32,000 bases of DNA from Moraxella nasovis (GTDB lineage: Bacteria > Pseudomonadota > Gammaproteobacteria > Pseudomonadales > Moraxellaceae), in NCBI RefSeq assembly GCF_022701215.1, contig NZ_CP089976.1:1710001-1742000 (forward strand), read 5' to 3'. A program made the position numbers and the translations under genes. The notes under the pieces are model-generated. The model ran no database searches and was not told where the DNA came from. It saw only the letters and a list, made by a program, of their open reading frames with translations. Positions 31,368 through 32,000 of this stretch are shown here, piece after piece (within the stretch, counting starts at the first letter, position 1; every line of letters begins with the position of its first letter).

Positions 31368-32000
31368 TGAATACGGTCACTGCATCTCCAATCATCGTTG
31401 CTGTAGATAAGCATGATCTATCCAGTGCCTTAGCGTTAGCAGATAGCTTAGATCCCAGTCTTTGCCGACTAAAGGTGGGTAAAGAGCTGTTTACAGCCTG
31501 TGGGCCTAGCGTGGTTCAGGCATTGCATGACCGCGGCTTTGATGTGTTCTTGGATCTAAAATTTCACGACATTCCAAATACCACCGCCCAAGCGGTGTTA
31601 GCAGCTGCAGATATGGGCGTTTGGATGGTGAATGTTCATGCGATGATTGGTTCTGATGCTATGTCTTTATGCAAATCTCGCCTTGTGAATGGTGGTTATG
31701 ATACGCTACTTATTGCTGTTACGGTTTTGACGTCTATGACCCAAGAGGTGCTACAAAGTTTAGGTGTATTAAGCCCTTTAGATGAGCAAGTTTTACGATT
31801 GGCAAAATTAAGCCAAATATCAGGTCTTGATGGTGTCGTATGCTCAGCCCAAGAAGCGGTCGCCCTAAAATCGTCATTAGGTACTGATTTTAAGCTTGTT
31901 ACGCCTGGTATTCGCTTGGCAAACGATGATAATAATGATCAAAAACGCATCTGCACGCCAAGTGAAGCATTAAAAAACGGCTCAGATTTTTTGGTGATTG
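31364..32000 (+). CDS. pyrF: Orotidine 5'-phosphate decarboxylase, 3' partial
   Basis: Hand translation from ATG 31364 gives [43 protein letters not shown]...[12 protein letters not shown]...VNVHA. These match the PyrF motifs (D-K-F-H-D-I-P-N-T). The frame is open to the window end, and the start overlaps the lapA stop (ATGATGA). Confidence 0.9.
   Translation, partial: MMNTVTASPIIVAVDKHDLSSALALADSLDPSLCRLKVGKELFTACGPSVVQALHDRGFDVFLDLKFHDIPNTTAQAVLAAADMGVWMVNVHAMIGSDAMSLCKSRLVNGGYDTLLIAVTVLTSMTQEVLQSLGVLSPLDEQVLRLAKLSQISGLDGVVCSAQEAVALKSSLGTDFKLVTPGIRLANDDNNDQKRICTPSEALKNGSDFLVI

Overview
The window reads as a syntenic block of core housekeeping genes from a moderately AT-rich gammaproteobacterium. 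Protein motifs and gene order suggest Moraxellaceae (Moraxella or Psychrobacter-like), but that placement is an inference. In order it contains: a 5'-partial DUF445 membrane protein; ccmF-ccmG-ccmH-ccmI; adk; cstA (-); a thiolase (-) divergent from a fabG4-like reductase, a MaoC/HtdX-like dehydratase and a serine hydrolase; hpt; a long-form GAPDH; fbpC-fbpB (-) divergent from fbpA, with two Fur-box-like sites between them; obg; proB; hemE; fabI; a DUF1275 membrane protein; ppa (-); lipB (-); cmk; a 4 x 15 bp perfect tandem repeat; a GNAT acetyltransferase frame broken by an in-frame TAA; rpsA; ihfB; lapA-like; and pyrF (3' partial). I saw no tRNA or rRNA genes, CRISPR arrays, transposases, integrases, phage genes or recognisable defence, toxin-antitoxin or secretion modules. 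I therefore do not claim a novel multi-gene system here. The accessory-looking material is limited to four places: the cmk-rpsA insertion (tandem repeat plus interrupted GNAT), a repeat-rich and hairpin-rich 347-bp spacer upstream of ccmF, a 460-bp strand-skewed non-coding gap between obg and proB, and short direct repeats in the thiolase/fabG4 divergent promoter region. All function calls come from motif recognition in the supplied translations. No database search was run.
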